Source: Pristiophorus japonicus (lineage: Eukaryota). From it: 64,000 nt of DNA. Under the pieces are notes generated by a model. It was not told the origin of the DNA, ran no database searches, and saw only the letters and a program-made list of their open reading frames with translations. The stretch is from NCBI RefSeq assembly GCF_044704955.1, contig NC_091980.1:11160001-11224000 (forward strand), in the 5' to 3' direction. Position numbers and translations under genes: made by a program. Below, in pieces: positions 48,790 to 61,398 of the stretch. Position 1 is the stretch's first letter, and every line of letters starts with the position of its first letter.

Positions 48790-49253
48790 CCGTTCACCCA
48801 TCAGCCCTGTGCTCCCTGGCCTCCTTTGACTCCCGGTTAAGCAACACTTGGAATGCAAAATACTCATCCTTGTTTTCAAATCCCTCCATGTCCTGGCCCC
48901 TCCTTATCTCTGTAATCTCCTTCAGCCGCAGAACCCCTAGAGATGTCTGCGCTCAGCAAATTATGGCCCCTTGAGCACCCTGATTATAATCACTCAACGA
49001 TCCTGACAGACCTTTCAGCTGTCTAGCCCCTAAACTCTGGAACACCCTCCCTAAACCTCTTTGCCTCACTACCCCTCTTTGCTCCCTTAAGACGCTCTTT
49101 AAAGCCTACCTATTTAACCAAGCTTTTGGCTATCTGCCCTAATTTCTTATGTGGCTCGATGTCAAATATTGGTCTTAGAACTCTTTTGTGAAGGGCCTTG
49201 GGATGTTTCACTTCATTAACAGTGCTATGTAAACACAAGTTATTGTTGTTGTA
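48790..49253 (+). mobile_element. L2 LINE 3' end
   Basis: Homologous to 22765-23207; TTGTTGTTG tail. Confidence 0.8.
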
Positions 49254-49489
49254 GCATAAATTGCCAATTGTGGAAAAAAGTTCCAAACTTTTACCATCCT
49301 TTGCGTGTAGAAGTATTCCCTAATTTTACTCCTGAAAGGTCTGCCTCTAATTGTTAGACTATGCCCCATAGTCCTGGAATCCCCAACCAGAGGATCACTT
49401 ATTAAACTTCTAAATTCTAGGGAATACAACTCTAAATTGTTTAACCCTTGAAGTCCAGTTATTATTTGGTAAACCCAGATTGTGGTGAT

Positions 49490-49898
49490 CAGAAACTCCC
49501 AAAGCAAGTGCTCTATGCTGAGCTCCTTCTTGGAAAACGAGCCAAAGGCGGGCAGCAGAAACATAACAAGGACACCCTCAAAGCCTCCCTGATAAAGTGC
49601 GACATCCCCACTGACACATGGGAGTCCCTGGCCAAAGAACGTCCTCAGTGGAGAAAGTGCATCAGAGAGGGCACTCAGCACTTCGAGTCTCAACGCCGAG
49701 AGCATGCAGAAATCAAGATCAGGCAATGGAAAAGCGTGCGGCAAACCAGTCACACCGAACAGTTCCCTCAACGACTATCTATCCCACCTGTGATAGAGTC
49801 TGTGGCTCTTGTATTTGACTTTTCAATCACCAAGGAAATCACTTCAGGAGTGAAAGATTGTCTTCCTCGATTCTGAGGGACTGCCTATGATAATGATG
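49490..49898 (+). mobile_element. RTE LINE 3' fragment
   Basis: KLPKQVLYAELLLGKRAKGGQQKHNKDTLKASL; ATGATAATGATG tail. Confidence 0.85.
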
Positions 49899-50309
49899 GT
49901 GGTGTTGCTCAGAAATGCTCACAGTACTCCAGGTGTGGTCTAACCAGGGTTTTGTATAGTTTTGTATAACATAACTTCTACCTCCTAGTAATTTAGATAT
50001 CTACATATAAAAGCCAGCATCCTATTAGCTTTTAAAATTATTTTCTATATTTGTTCATGACATTTTCTTGATCTATGTACCTGGACCCCCAAAACTCCAC
50101 TGTTTTTAAGCTTTTCACCATTTAGAAAATATACCATTCTATCCTTTTGCGGTCCAAAGTGGATTACTTTGCATTTGCCTACAGTAAAATCCATTTGCGA
50201 TAGTTTTGCCCATTCACTTAATCTGTTGATAAACCTTTCATATTTGATGCATTCATCTGCACTGCCTACAATTCAGCCTATCTTTGTGTCATCAGAAAAT
50301 GTGAATAGG

Positions 50310-51872
50310 TAACCTATTTGAGGTGGTAACCAAGAGGGTCGATGAGGGTAGTGCATACAATGTAGTATAGATGGACTTTAGCGAGATTTTTGATAAGGCC
50401 CCACATGGAAGGCTGGTCATGAAGTTTATAGCCCATGGACTATAGGGCAAAGTGGTAAGTTGGATCCAAAGTTGGCTTGGAGGAAGGAAGCAAAGGCTAA
50501 TGATTGATGGATGTTTTTGTGACTGGAAGGATGTTACCAGTGGGGTTCCACAGGGCTCAGTACTGGGTCACTTGCTTTTTGTGGGATATATCAACGATTG
50601 AAATCAACGATTTAGATTTGAATACAGGGAGTATGATTAAGAAGTTTGCAGATGACACTAAAATTGGCTGTGTGGGTGATAATGCAGAGGAAAGTCATAG
50701 GCTGCAGGAGGATTTCAATCTACTGGTCAGGTGGGCAGAGCAGTCACAAATGGAATTTAATTCAGAGAAGTGTGAGGTGATGCACTTTGGGATGGCTAGT
50801 AAAGAAAAGGTTTACACATTAAGCAGTAGGCCACTTAATAGTGTAGCTGAACAAAGGAGTGCTCGTCCACAGATCCCGGATAGTAACAAGTCAGGTGGAT
50901 AAGGGGGTTAAGAAGGCATATGGAATGCTTGCCTTTATTTGCTGAAGCATAGAATATAAGAGCAGTAAGGTTATGCTTCAATTGTATAACACTTTGGTTA
51001 GGCCACAGCTGGAGTAATGCGTGCAGTTCTGGTCGCTGTAGTATAGGAAGCATGTGATTGCACTAGAGAGGGTGCAAAGGAGATTTGCTAGTATGCTGCC
51101 TGGAATGGAGAATCTTAGTTATGCGGACAGATTGGATAGGCTGAGTTTGTTCTCATTGGAAAAGAGGAGATTGAGAGACCACATTGAGGTGTGCAAAATA
51201 TTGAGAGACCTGGACATCGTGGATAGTAAAGGTCTATTTCCATTGATGGAGGAATCTATTACGAGAGACATAGTTTGGAGGTGGTTGGTGGAAGGTTTAG
51301 AGGGGATTTGAGGGGGGGGGATCTGGAACTCGCTGTCTGGAAGAGTGGTGGATGCAGAAATCAGCACCACTTTTAAGAGATGGTTGGATGGGCACTTTAA
51401 ATGCAGTAACCTGCAGAGTTATGGACCTAGAGCTGGTAATTGGGATTAGACTGGATGACCTTTTGTTGGATGGTGCAGATATAATGGTAAGTATAGCAGG
51501 GAATAGAGTATGGCCAGGGTGATCGCCTAGACTAGCTTCGATCGCCTGGATTGGTCGGACAGGAATTTTCCCAGATATTTTCTCCCTAAATTGGCCTGAG
51601 TTTTTATCTAGTTTTTGACTCTCACAGGAGATCACGTGGCTCCGGTTGGGGTGGAGTGTAGAATTTTTCAGTACAAGAGGTGTCGCAGTTGTGTGAGGCG
51701 AACTGGTTTTTGGGCTGGGTGCTCTTTGCCTTTTCATCATTGTTCATAGGTTTATATATAACCTTTAGGGCTGCTGACCAAGGGCCGTGCAGCTCTTTGT
51801 CACCGTTGTGGACACGATGGGCCGAAATAGTCTCATTCTGTGCTGTAAATTTCTATGTTTCTATATTCTATA
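50310..51872 (+). mobile_element. 5'-truncated CR1 family 2
   Basis: KFADDTK; long 3'UTR homologous to 22290-22764; TTCTATGT-type tail. Confidence 0.9.
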
Positions 51873-53092
51873 TGACTTTATACGCCATTATCTAAGTCAT
51901 TAATAAACACTGTGAGTAGCTGAGGCACCAACACATGTTCCTGCAGGAAATCACTAGTCACATACTGCCAATTTAAGTACATTCCCATTATCCCTACTGC
52001 CTGTCTCCTGCTGCTCAGCCAAATTTCTTAACCAGGTCAATCATTTTCCCTCAATACCATGGGCTTCACTTTAGTTAATAAAATCTTATGTGGGACTTTA
52101 TCAAATGTCTTCTGGAGGTGAATATAATTATATCCATCGTCATTCCCCTGTCCACTACTTTAGTCACCTCGTCAAAAAAATTAATCATGACCTACCTGTC
52201 ATAAATCCATGCTGGCTCTCTCTGATCAAATGAAAATTTTCGAGGTGTTCAGTCACACTGTCCTTAATTATAGACTTCAGCAATTTCCCGGCGACAGATG
52301 TTGGGCTATCTGGTCTATAATTCCTAGTATCCCTCTCTCGCCATTCTTAAAAAGAAGAATGACATGAGCCATTTTCCAATATAAAAGAATGGTTCCTGAA
52401 ACAAGAGAGCACTGGAAGATTATAGTTAGGGCATCTTCAAAATGTATACCATCTTCCTTTAATCTCTGCGATGGAAACCATCTGGTCCTGTGGATTTGTC
52501 ACACTTTAGTGCCATTATTTTCTGCATATCTGTTAATTTACTTACGTTAATTGTATTGAGTCCCTGTCCCTGATATAATATAATATTAGTTGCTTTATGA
52601 TTTCTGGCATCTCTTTCTCTACTGTAAATACTGCCGCAAAGTAATTATTTAGCATGTTCGCCTTTTCCTTATTATCTTTGATAATATCATCACTATCAGT
52701 TTTTATTGGGCCAACATTGCTTCTGACTACACTTTTTTCCTGATTTTATAAAAATTCTTTGTGTTGATTTTGATATCCCTTGAAAATTTATTTTCATATT
52801 CCCTTTTTGTAGTTCTTAGTATCTGTTTTGCGGTTCTTTGCTGTTCTTGTATCTTTCCCATTCGCCAGGATTTGTGCTATTTTTTGCATTTTAGTGTGCT
52901 TTTTCTTTTTGGCAAATAGAGCTCTTGCCCCTCAGGGGTGTCATCTAGTCCTGTATCACCTTACATTATTTATTGAACATCTCCCACTGATCATCTGTCG
53001 TTTTACCCGAATAGGGTTAAATTACTTTATGCATTTTAGCAAGCGGGAGAAGTTAACGGTAGCTATGCTAACATCACACAATGCAATGTAAT

Positions 53093-53231
53093 CCTAGTTC
53101 TGATTCAAGATCATCGATCTGAAACGTTAACTCCGTTTCTTTCTTCACAGATGCTGCCTAACCTGCTAAATATTTCCAGGATTTTGTGTTTTTATTTCAG
53201 ATTTCCAACATCAGCAGTATTTTGCTTCGGT
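53093..53231 (+). mobile_element. 139-bp short retroelement starting with a degenerate minimal hammerhead ribozyme; 12-bp TSD
   Basis: ATGCAATGTAAT at 53081-53092 and 53232-53243; AGTT-CTGATTC-A-AGATC(ATC)GATCT-GAAA-CGTT-AACT at 53096-53132. Confidence 0.75.
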
Positions 53232-54414
53232 ATGCAATGTAATTCATTAACTCCCGAATACCAAGTCCGGTATTGATTTGTCTACTTCCACATAATTTGT
53301 TAAGAATCTTGGTGCCAATTTCTGTCTCGATTTGTGAATAGAACACCACATTTGACTAGAAATGAAAACACCAATTAACAGGGCGAATGAGGGGAACTGC
53401 TGTAAATCTGATTTACAATTTCAATACTTGACCCGAAATATTACAATTCGTGCATTCTTCTGACGTTACATTATTTATATTTAGCCAATCAAACAAAAAC
53501 ACTTTGGAAGACCTTGTTATGAAATGGCTGTAACATTCATTTGAAAAAAACTATATTCATCAAAAATGTTCTTTATGTTGATTTGTTGAATAAACCGCAC
53601 TGTGAATACGTCATATTGTGAATAGGGAAGGGTGCAGAGTTTTTAACGTTTTTACCCATGTAAATGCTGCTCCTGCCAGTATCAGACAGCTCAACTTGCG
53701 AAATATAAAACTTGAAACCACACAAGGCAGTTGGATTTAATGAGAATTTCAAATCTACGACGGCCCAATTAACTGTCATAAAATGCACAGAATAGCTGAA
53801 ATCGTTTTGTTTTCCTGAAAGAATGGTGGGAATAATTATAACTCAATAATCGTTTAGGCATGAGAATTGTTACATTGTTGAATAAAAGACAAGACAAATT
53901 ACGGCTGCATCTAGTGCGTAATTAAAGTTAACACAAGATTGATGCAATGTTTTGAAGGAATGTTAATACCAAAAACTGCATCTCGCTGGTACGAAGCATT
54001 TCAAGATAATCCAAAAGGGTTTTGGACTCTGCAGCAATTGAGTCCATTAAAGAATAACTTGAGTAGAACAATTACAGATGAACAAGATGTGGTAGATATA
54101 TAACATTTACTTTTGGCATCAGTAATCACAAAAGAGAACTGCCCACTAACTTCAATCACAGTAAATTGGGATAAACTATCGATACATAAATGAAAGTTGA
54201 TGAAATATGAGGTATGCAGGAATTGGACGGATTAATCATCCACAAGGGTGCGGAACCAAATGAGATACACCCTGGAATCTTCAAGAAATTAAAGGAAGAA
54301 ATTGATATTGCCTTCCCATATATTTCAGAATTCTGTAAATATCCGAGTAGCACACGAAGGCCGGAATATAGCCAGTGTAGTTGCAAGATTCAGTAAAAGA
54401 CTCAGACATACACC

Positions 54415-57400
54415 TTTAAAAAAATCGTTCTCGGGACATGGGCATCGCTAGCAAGGCCAACATATATTGCCGATCCCTAGCTGCGCTCGAGAAGGTGGTG
54501 GTGAACCACCTTCTTGAAACTTTGCCGTCCCTATAATGAAGGTACTCACACAGTACTGTTAGAGAGGGAGTTCCAGGATTTGACCAAGCGACAATGAAGG
54601 AACAGTGGTATGTTTCCAAATAAGGCTGGTGTGTGACTTGGAGGGGACGTTTCAGGTAGTTCCCATGAGCCTGCTGCACTTGTACTTCTAGTTTGTAGAT
54701 GTCCTGAGTTTGGGAGATGCAGTCGAATAAGCCTTGGCGAGTAGCTGCAGTGCAACTTGTAAATGGTACACATTGCAGCGACGGTGTGCTGGTGGTGGAG
54801 GAAGTGAATGCTTAAGGTGGTGGAGAATGGGAGTAATCATGCCAGCTTCTTTGTCATGGATGGTGTCCAGCTTCTTAACTGTGGTTGGAGCTGCACTCAA
54901 CCAGGCAAGTAGAGATTATTTCATAACACTCCTTGTGCCTTTTAAATGGTGGAAAGGCTATAGGAAATCATGAGGTGAGTCACTCGCCACAGAATTACCC
55001 AGCTTCTGACCTGATCCTGTAGCTAAGTATTGATGTGCCTGGTCCAGTTAAGTTTCTGGTCGATGTTGACCCCAAGGAAGTTGATGTTTGGGATTCGAGA
55101 ATGGAAATGCTACTGAAAATTTTGGGGAGGTGTTTAGACTCTCTCAATTTGGAGATGGTCATTACCTGGCAATTGTGTGGCGCAAATATTACTTGCCACT
55201 TATCAGCCCAAGAATAAATGTCATCAAGGTCTTGCTGTATGTGGGAACGGAGAGCTTCATTATCTGATTTCTTGTGAATGTAATGGAACGCTGTGCAATC
55301 ATCAGCAAATATCCCCACTTCCGACCTTATGATGGAGGGAAGTTAATTGATGAAGCAGCTGAAGATGGTTGGGTCTAGGACAATCCCCTGAGGAACTGCT
55401 GCTTTGAAGTCGTGGGGCTGAAATGATTTTGCCTCCAAGAACCACAACCACATTCCATTGTGCTACGTATGAAAACCTGCCAGTTGAAAGTTTTGCTCCG
55501 ATTCGCATTGACTTCAATTTTGCTCGGGCTATATATGTGTATGGAGAAAATAAGTGTTAATAGACAAATTAACAAGTAAATTAATTATCTTACAGGGGCC
55601 CTTGATGCCACACTCAGTCAAATGCATCCTTGATGTTGAGGGAACTCACTCTCACTTCACCTCTGGAATTCAGCTTCCTTGTCCATGTTTGGACCAAGGC
55701 TGTAATCAGGTTTAGAGCTGAGTGTTCTTGGCGAATTCCAAACTGAACATGTTATTGGTGAGTAAGTGCCGCTTGATAACACTGTAAACGACTCCTTCCA
55801 TTAATTTGCTGATGATTGAGAGTATACTGATGAAGTGGTACTTGTCCCGATTGGATTTGTCCTACTTTTTGCAGACTGTACATTACTGCTTAATTTTCAC
55901 TTTGTCACATAGAGGCCAGTGTTCTAACTGTACTCGAACAGCTTGGGTAGAGGCACCGAAAGGTGTGGAACACAAGTGTTCAGCAATACAGCCGGGAGGA
56001 TGTCGTGGCCCATTGCCTTTGCTGTTCCAGTGCGCTCAGCCATTTCTTCATATCACGTGGAGTGATTTTAATTGGCTGAAGACTGGCTTCTGTGATGGTG
56101 GGGACCTCAGGAGGAAACAGAAATGGATCATTAACTCGGCATTTCTGGCTGAAGAGCTTTACAAATGCTCTAGTTTTGTCTTTTGCACGTGTGCTGGGCT
56201 CCACCATCATTAAGCATGGGGATGTTCATGGAGCCTTCTCCTCCCATTAGGTGGCTAATTGTCACCACCATTCACAACAGGATGTGGCAGGACTGCAGAT
56301 CTTTGATCTGATCTATTGGTTGTGGGATCGCTTAGCTCTGTCTATAGCATGCTGATTCCACTGTTTATCTTGCATGTAGTCCTGTGTTGCAGCAGCCCCA
56401 GGTTGTAACCTCGATTTAGTTATGCCTGGTGCTGTTCTTGGCGTGCTCTTATACACCCCTCATTGAACCAGGATAGCTCTCATGGTCTGCTTGCAAGAGT
56501 AAAATGAGGTACATGCCAGGCCATGAGATTACAGATTGTGGTGGAATAAAATTCTTCTGCTGCTCGTCATGTATGTCTACTTTTGAGTTGTTAGATTTGT
56601 TTTGAATCTATCACGTTTACCATGGCGGCAGTCTCAGACAACACGTAGAGGTTGTCCTCAGTATGAAGACTGGACTTTGTCTCCACAAGGAGGTGGTCAC
56701 TCGTAAAAATAATGTCATGGACAGATGCATCTTCGAAAAGTAGATTGGTGAAACATAGAAATATAGAAAGATAGAAACATAGAAAATAGATGCAGGAGTA
56801 GGCCATTTGGCCCTTCGAGCCTGCACCGCCATTCAATGAGTTCGTGGCTGAACACAGAAACATAGAAGCATAGAAAATAGGTGCAGGAGTAGGCCATTCG
56901 GCCCTTCTAGCCTGCACCGCCATTCAATGAGTTCATGGCTGAACATGCAACTTCAGTACCCCATTCCTGCTTTCTCGCCATACCGCTTGATCACCCTAGT
57001 AATATTGACTAAATCTAACGCCTTTTTGAATATATTTAGTGAATTGACCTCAAGAACATTCTGTGGTAGAGAATTCCATAGGTTCACCACTCTCTGGGTG
57101 AAGACGTTTCTCGTCATCTTGGTCCTAAATGGCTTACCACTTATCCTTAGACTGTGAGCCCTGGTTCTGGACTTCCCCAACATTGGGAACATTCTTCCTG
57201 CATCTAACCTGTCTAAACCCGTCAGAAATTTAAACATTTCTATGAGATCCCCTCTCATTCTTCTGAACTCCAGTGAATACAAGCTCAGTTGATCCAGTCT
57301 TTCTTGATATGTCAGTCCCGCCATGCCGGGAATCAGTCTGGTGAACCTTCGCTGCACTCCCTCAATAGCAAGAATGTCCTTCCTCAAGTTAGGAGAACAA

Positions 57401-58450
57401 AACTGTACACAATACTCCAGGTGTGGCCTCACCAAAGCCTTGTACAACTATAGTAACACTTCCCTGCCCCTGTACTCAAATCCCCTCGCTATGAAAGCCA
57501 ACATGCCATTTGCTTTCTTAACCGCCTGTTGCACCTGCATGCCAACCTTCAATGACTGATGTACCATGACACCCAGGTCTCGTTGCACCTCCCCTTTTCC
57601 TAATCTATCACCATTCAGATAATAGTCTGTCTCTCTGTTTTTACCACCAAAGTGGATAACCGCACATTTATCTACATTATACTTCATCTGCCATGCATTT
57701 GCCCACTCACCTGACCTATCCAAGTCACTCTGCAGCCTCATAACATCCTCCTCACAGCTCACACTGCCACCCAACTTAGTGTCATCCGCAAATTTGGAGA
57801 TACTACATTTAATCTCCTCGTCTAAATCATTAATGTACAAAGTAAACAGCTGGGGCCCCAGCACAGAACCTTGCGGTACCCCACTAGTCATTGCCTGCCA
57901 TTCTGAAAAGTACCCATTTACTCCTACTCTTTGCTTCCTGTCTGCCAACCAGTCCTCAATCCACGTCAGCACACTGCCCCCAATCCCATGTGCTTTAACT
58001 TTGCACATTAATCTCTTATGTTGGGACCTTGTCGACAGCCTTCTGAAAGTCTAAATACACCACATCAACGTTTTGTCCTCGAGTTGGTGCTCTCACCAAC
58101 TGCCACAAGTCTAGGCTAGCAGTATGTCCTTCAGGACTTAGCCAGCTCGGTCAGTAATGGTGCTACCGACCACTCTTGATGATGGACATTGAACGCCCCC
58201 ACCTAGAGTGCATTCTGTGCCCTGTGGTGAAAGTGCTCCCAGAGTGCTCTTGGATAAGGAGATTCCAGGACACAATAAAATGAATGAATGGCAATATATG
58301 TTCAAGTCGGCTTGGTGTGTGATTGACGGGAAGTTGTAGGTGTTGGTGTTCCCATGTATCTGCTGCGGTGGTGTAGATGCTGACGTATTGCTGCACTGCA
58401 TCATGGTGATAGTGTACACTGCAGTTTCGGTATACTGACCGTGGATGGAT
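54415..58450 (-). mobile_element. Older non-CR1 LINE (clade not resolved), degraded and interrupted by CR1 copy E
   Basis: GIFADDCT..QQDLDDIYSWADKWQV in ORF 54995..55318(-); 3' end shared with 23762-24100. Confidence 0.65.
56750..58069 (-). mobile_element. 5'-truncated CR1 family 1 (copy E) with an extra tandem 3' end
   Basis: ORFs 57448..58008 and 56953..57447; the 3' terminal 90 bp or so is present twice (56750-56853 and 56855-56945). Confidence 0.93.
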
Positions 58451-59324
58451 TGTTGATGAATGTGATATGACAATGATAACGGGGTTATTGACGAATCATA
58501 CCAATCAATCTATATCAGTTAGACTGTATCAGGACCCAAAATGACACGAGCAAAATACCAGTGGTGAAGAGCTTTTGCAACCTAACTCACATTTTAGCTC
58601 CCACTTACCACACAATGTCTTAAGTTACTTACGGACTTTATCCCAAAACCTTATTCTATTTTGTATTAGGAGCAATGATATCAGCTATATATCTACTTTT
58701 TACCAAACACATTTAAACTCATTGATGAGTTGGTTGCAAAGTAATTTTAATCAATTTCAGTAACTCTGCCACTGTTTTGTAGTACCAGCACCTCTCAGAA
58801 TTCGACTTGCGACCATTTGTGCTATTCACGTCATGTTGTAGAATTATCCCACTATAATACACTCAACATGAAAGTAAAGGCAAGCTCTTCTGGATGTAGG
58901 GGATGCTAAAATCTATCATTGGTTAGAAATATTGCAAGAGATTGGAATCTAAAGTATTTATTTGTCGTAACTTCAACACTTTTGTCTTTGTTTCCTCGCA
59001 AACGTACATAGATGACATACAATATACAGCACAAAAAACAGATGTTCGGTCCAACAGTGCATGCTGGTGTTTATACTCCACTTGAGCCTCCTGCATTCTT
59101 TTCTTATCTAAATCTATTACCATTACTCTCTATTCCTTCCGCATCATATGATTATCTAACCTCCGTTTAAATGCATCTAGACTATTCCACTCAAACATTC
59201 CCTGTGGTAACGGGTTCCACATTCTCACCACTCTCTGGGTTATTGATGACGATCTTATATTGATCTAATTATGCTCATCCCTACAAATGGAAACATTCTC
59301 TCTGTATAAAAACCTTTTTAATGG

Positions 59325-60014
59325 TAGACTATAGTATGGTAGAATTAAGATAGAGAGTGACACAGTTAATTCAGAGACGAGGGTCCTGAACTTAAGGAAA
59401 GGTAACGTTGATGGTATGAGATGCGAATTGGCTAGGATCGACTGGCAAATGTTACTTAAAGTGTTGACGGTGGGTAGGCAATGGCAGACATTTAAAGATC
59501 ACATGGAAGAACTTCGACAATTGTACATCCCTGTCTGGCGTAAAAATAAAACGTGGAAGGTGGCTCAACCATGGCTAACAAGGGAAATTAGGGATAGTGT
59601 TAAATCCAAGGAAAAGGCAAATAAATGAGCCAGAAAAAGCAGCAAACCTGAGGAATGGAAGAAATTTAGAAGTCAGCAGAGGAGGACAAACGGTTTAATT
59701 AGGAGGGGGAATATAGAGTATGAGACTAAGTTTCCACGGGACATAAAAATGACTGCAAAGGCTTCTATAGATATCCGACGTAAAACAAATTAGTGAAGAC
59801 AAATGTAGGTCCCTTGCAGTCAGAAACAGAGGAATTTATAATGGGGAACAAAGAAATGGCAGAGCAATTGAACAAATACTTTGGTTCTGTCTTCATGAAG
59901 GAAGACACAAATAATATTCTGGAAATACAAGGGGACCGAGGGTCTAGCGAGAAGGAGGATCTGAAGGAAATCCTTATTAGTCAGGGAATTGTGTTAGGGA
60001 CATTGATGGGATTG
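59325..60014 (+). mobile_element. Older CR1 ORF2 fragment; host of copy D
   Basis: ORFs 59416 and 59793 (ELARIDW, AEQLNKYFGSVF); breaks at GGGATTG where the copy D 5'UTR begins. Confidence 0.85.
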
Positions 60015-60110
60015 AGCGGCAGTTGGTGAGAGGCGGGAGCGGCCTATAAAAGGCCCAGCGGGAGATCGAGAGCCAGCGGCAGTTGGTGAGAGGCGGGAGC
60101 GGCCTATAAA
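60015..60110 (+). repeat. 36-bp perfect direct repeat, 60-bp period, containing a GC box and TATAAA
   Basis: AGCGGCAGTTGGTGAGAGGCGGGAGCGGCCTATAAA at 60015-60050 and 60075-60110. Confidence 0.9.
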
Positions 60111-60301
60111 GGCGGAGCTTGTGCAGCTACAGCGGGAGAGAAAGCAAAATAGAAGTAGAAAGGAATCAAAAGGTGATGTCACAACCAATGGGGTAAGTGA
60201 TTGGCTGGTGATTGGTGAGTAGCTTTTCTTTTTCTTTTTTATATCAGTAAGTGAACTGTAACATAGGTATTACCAATTTAAGGGTATCTAAGGGTTAAGG
60301 C

Positions 60302-61239
60302 ATGGCAGGAGAGCTCGGACACGTGATATGCTCCTCCTGTACCATGTGGGAACTCAGGGACACTTCCGGTGTCCCTGATGACTACGTGTGTGAGAAGTGT
60401 ATCCGCCTCGAGCTCCTGACGGTCCGCGTTGCGGAATTGGAGCTGAGGGTGGATTCACTCTGGAGCATCCACAATGCTGAGAATGACATATCACGTGTAG
60501 TGAGTTGGTCTTACCGCAGGAGAAGGGTCCACAGCCAGATAGGGAATGGAAGACCAGCAGGAAGAGCAGTGCAAGGACAGTAGTGCAGGGGTCCCCTGGG
60601 GTCATCCCCCTGCAAAACAGATACACCGCTTTGAGTACTGTTGGGGGGGATGACTCATCAGGGGAGGGCAGCAGCAGCCAAGTTCATGGCACCGTGGCTG
60701 GCTCTGCTGCACAGGAGGGCAGGAAAAAGAGTGGGAGCGCGATCGTGATAGGGGATTCAATGCTGAGGGGAATAGATAGGCGTTTCTGCGGCCGCAACCG
60801 AGACTCCAGGATGGTATGTTGCCTCCCTGGTGCAAGGGTCAAGGATGTCTCGGAGCGGGTGCAGGACATTCTGAAATGGGAGGGAGATCAGCCAGTTGTC
60901 GTGGTGCACATTGGTACCAACGACATAGGTAAAAAAAGGGATGAGGTCCTACGAAACGAATTTAAGGAGCTAGGAGCTAAATTAAAAAGTAGGACCTCAA
61001 AAGTAGTAATCTCGGGATTGCTACCAGTGCCACGTGCTAGTCAGAGTAGGAATCGCAGGATAGCGCAGATGAATACGTGGCTTGAGCAGTGGTGCAGCAG
61101 GGAGGGATTCAAATTCCTGGGGCATTGGTTCTGGGGGAGGTGGGACCAGTACAAACTGGACGGTCTGCACCTGGGCAGGACCGGAACCAATGTCCTAGGG
61201 GGAGTGTTTTCTAGTGCTGTTGGGGAGGAGTTAAACTAA
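60302..61239 (+). pseudogene. CR1 ORF1 (zinc-binding motif, coiled coil, SGNH esterase), frameshifted
   Basis: CSSC..CEKC, IGDS, GTND, DGLH; small deletion near 60488 shifts the frame. Confidence 0.88.
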
Positions 61240-61398
61240 TATGGCAGAGGGATGGGAACCAATGCAGGGAGACAGAGGGAGACAAAAAGGAGGCAAAAGC
61301 AAAAGACAGAAAGGAGATGAGTAAACGTTTCGGGCAGAGAAACCCAAGGCAAAGAACAAAAAGGGCCACTGTACAGCAAAATTCTAAAAGGACAAAGG

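Larger units (their letters stand above)
49255..52900 (-). mobile_element. Old degraded CR1, split by RTE and CR1 family-2 insertions
   Basis: LELYSLEFR..GDSRTMGHSLTIRGRPFRS in ORF 49208..49771(-); RT remnants at about 51900-52500. Confidence 0.65.
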
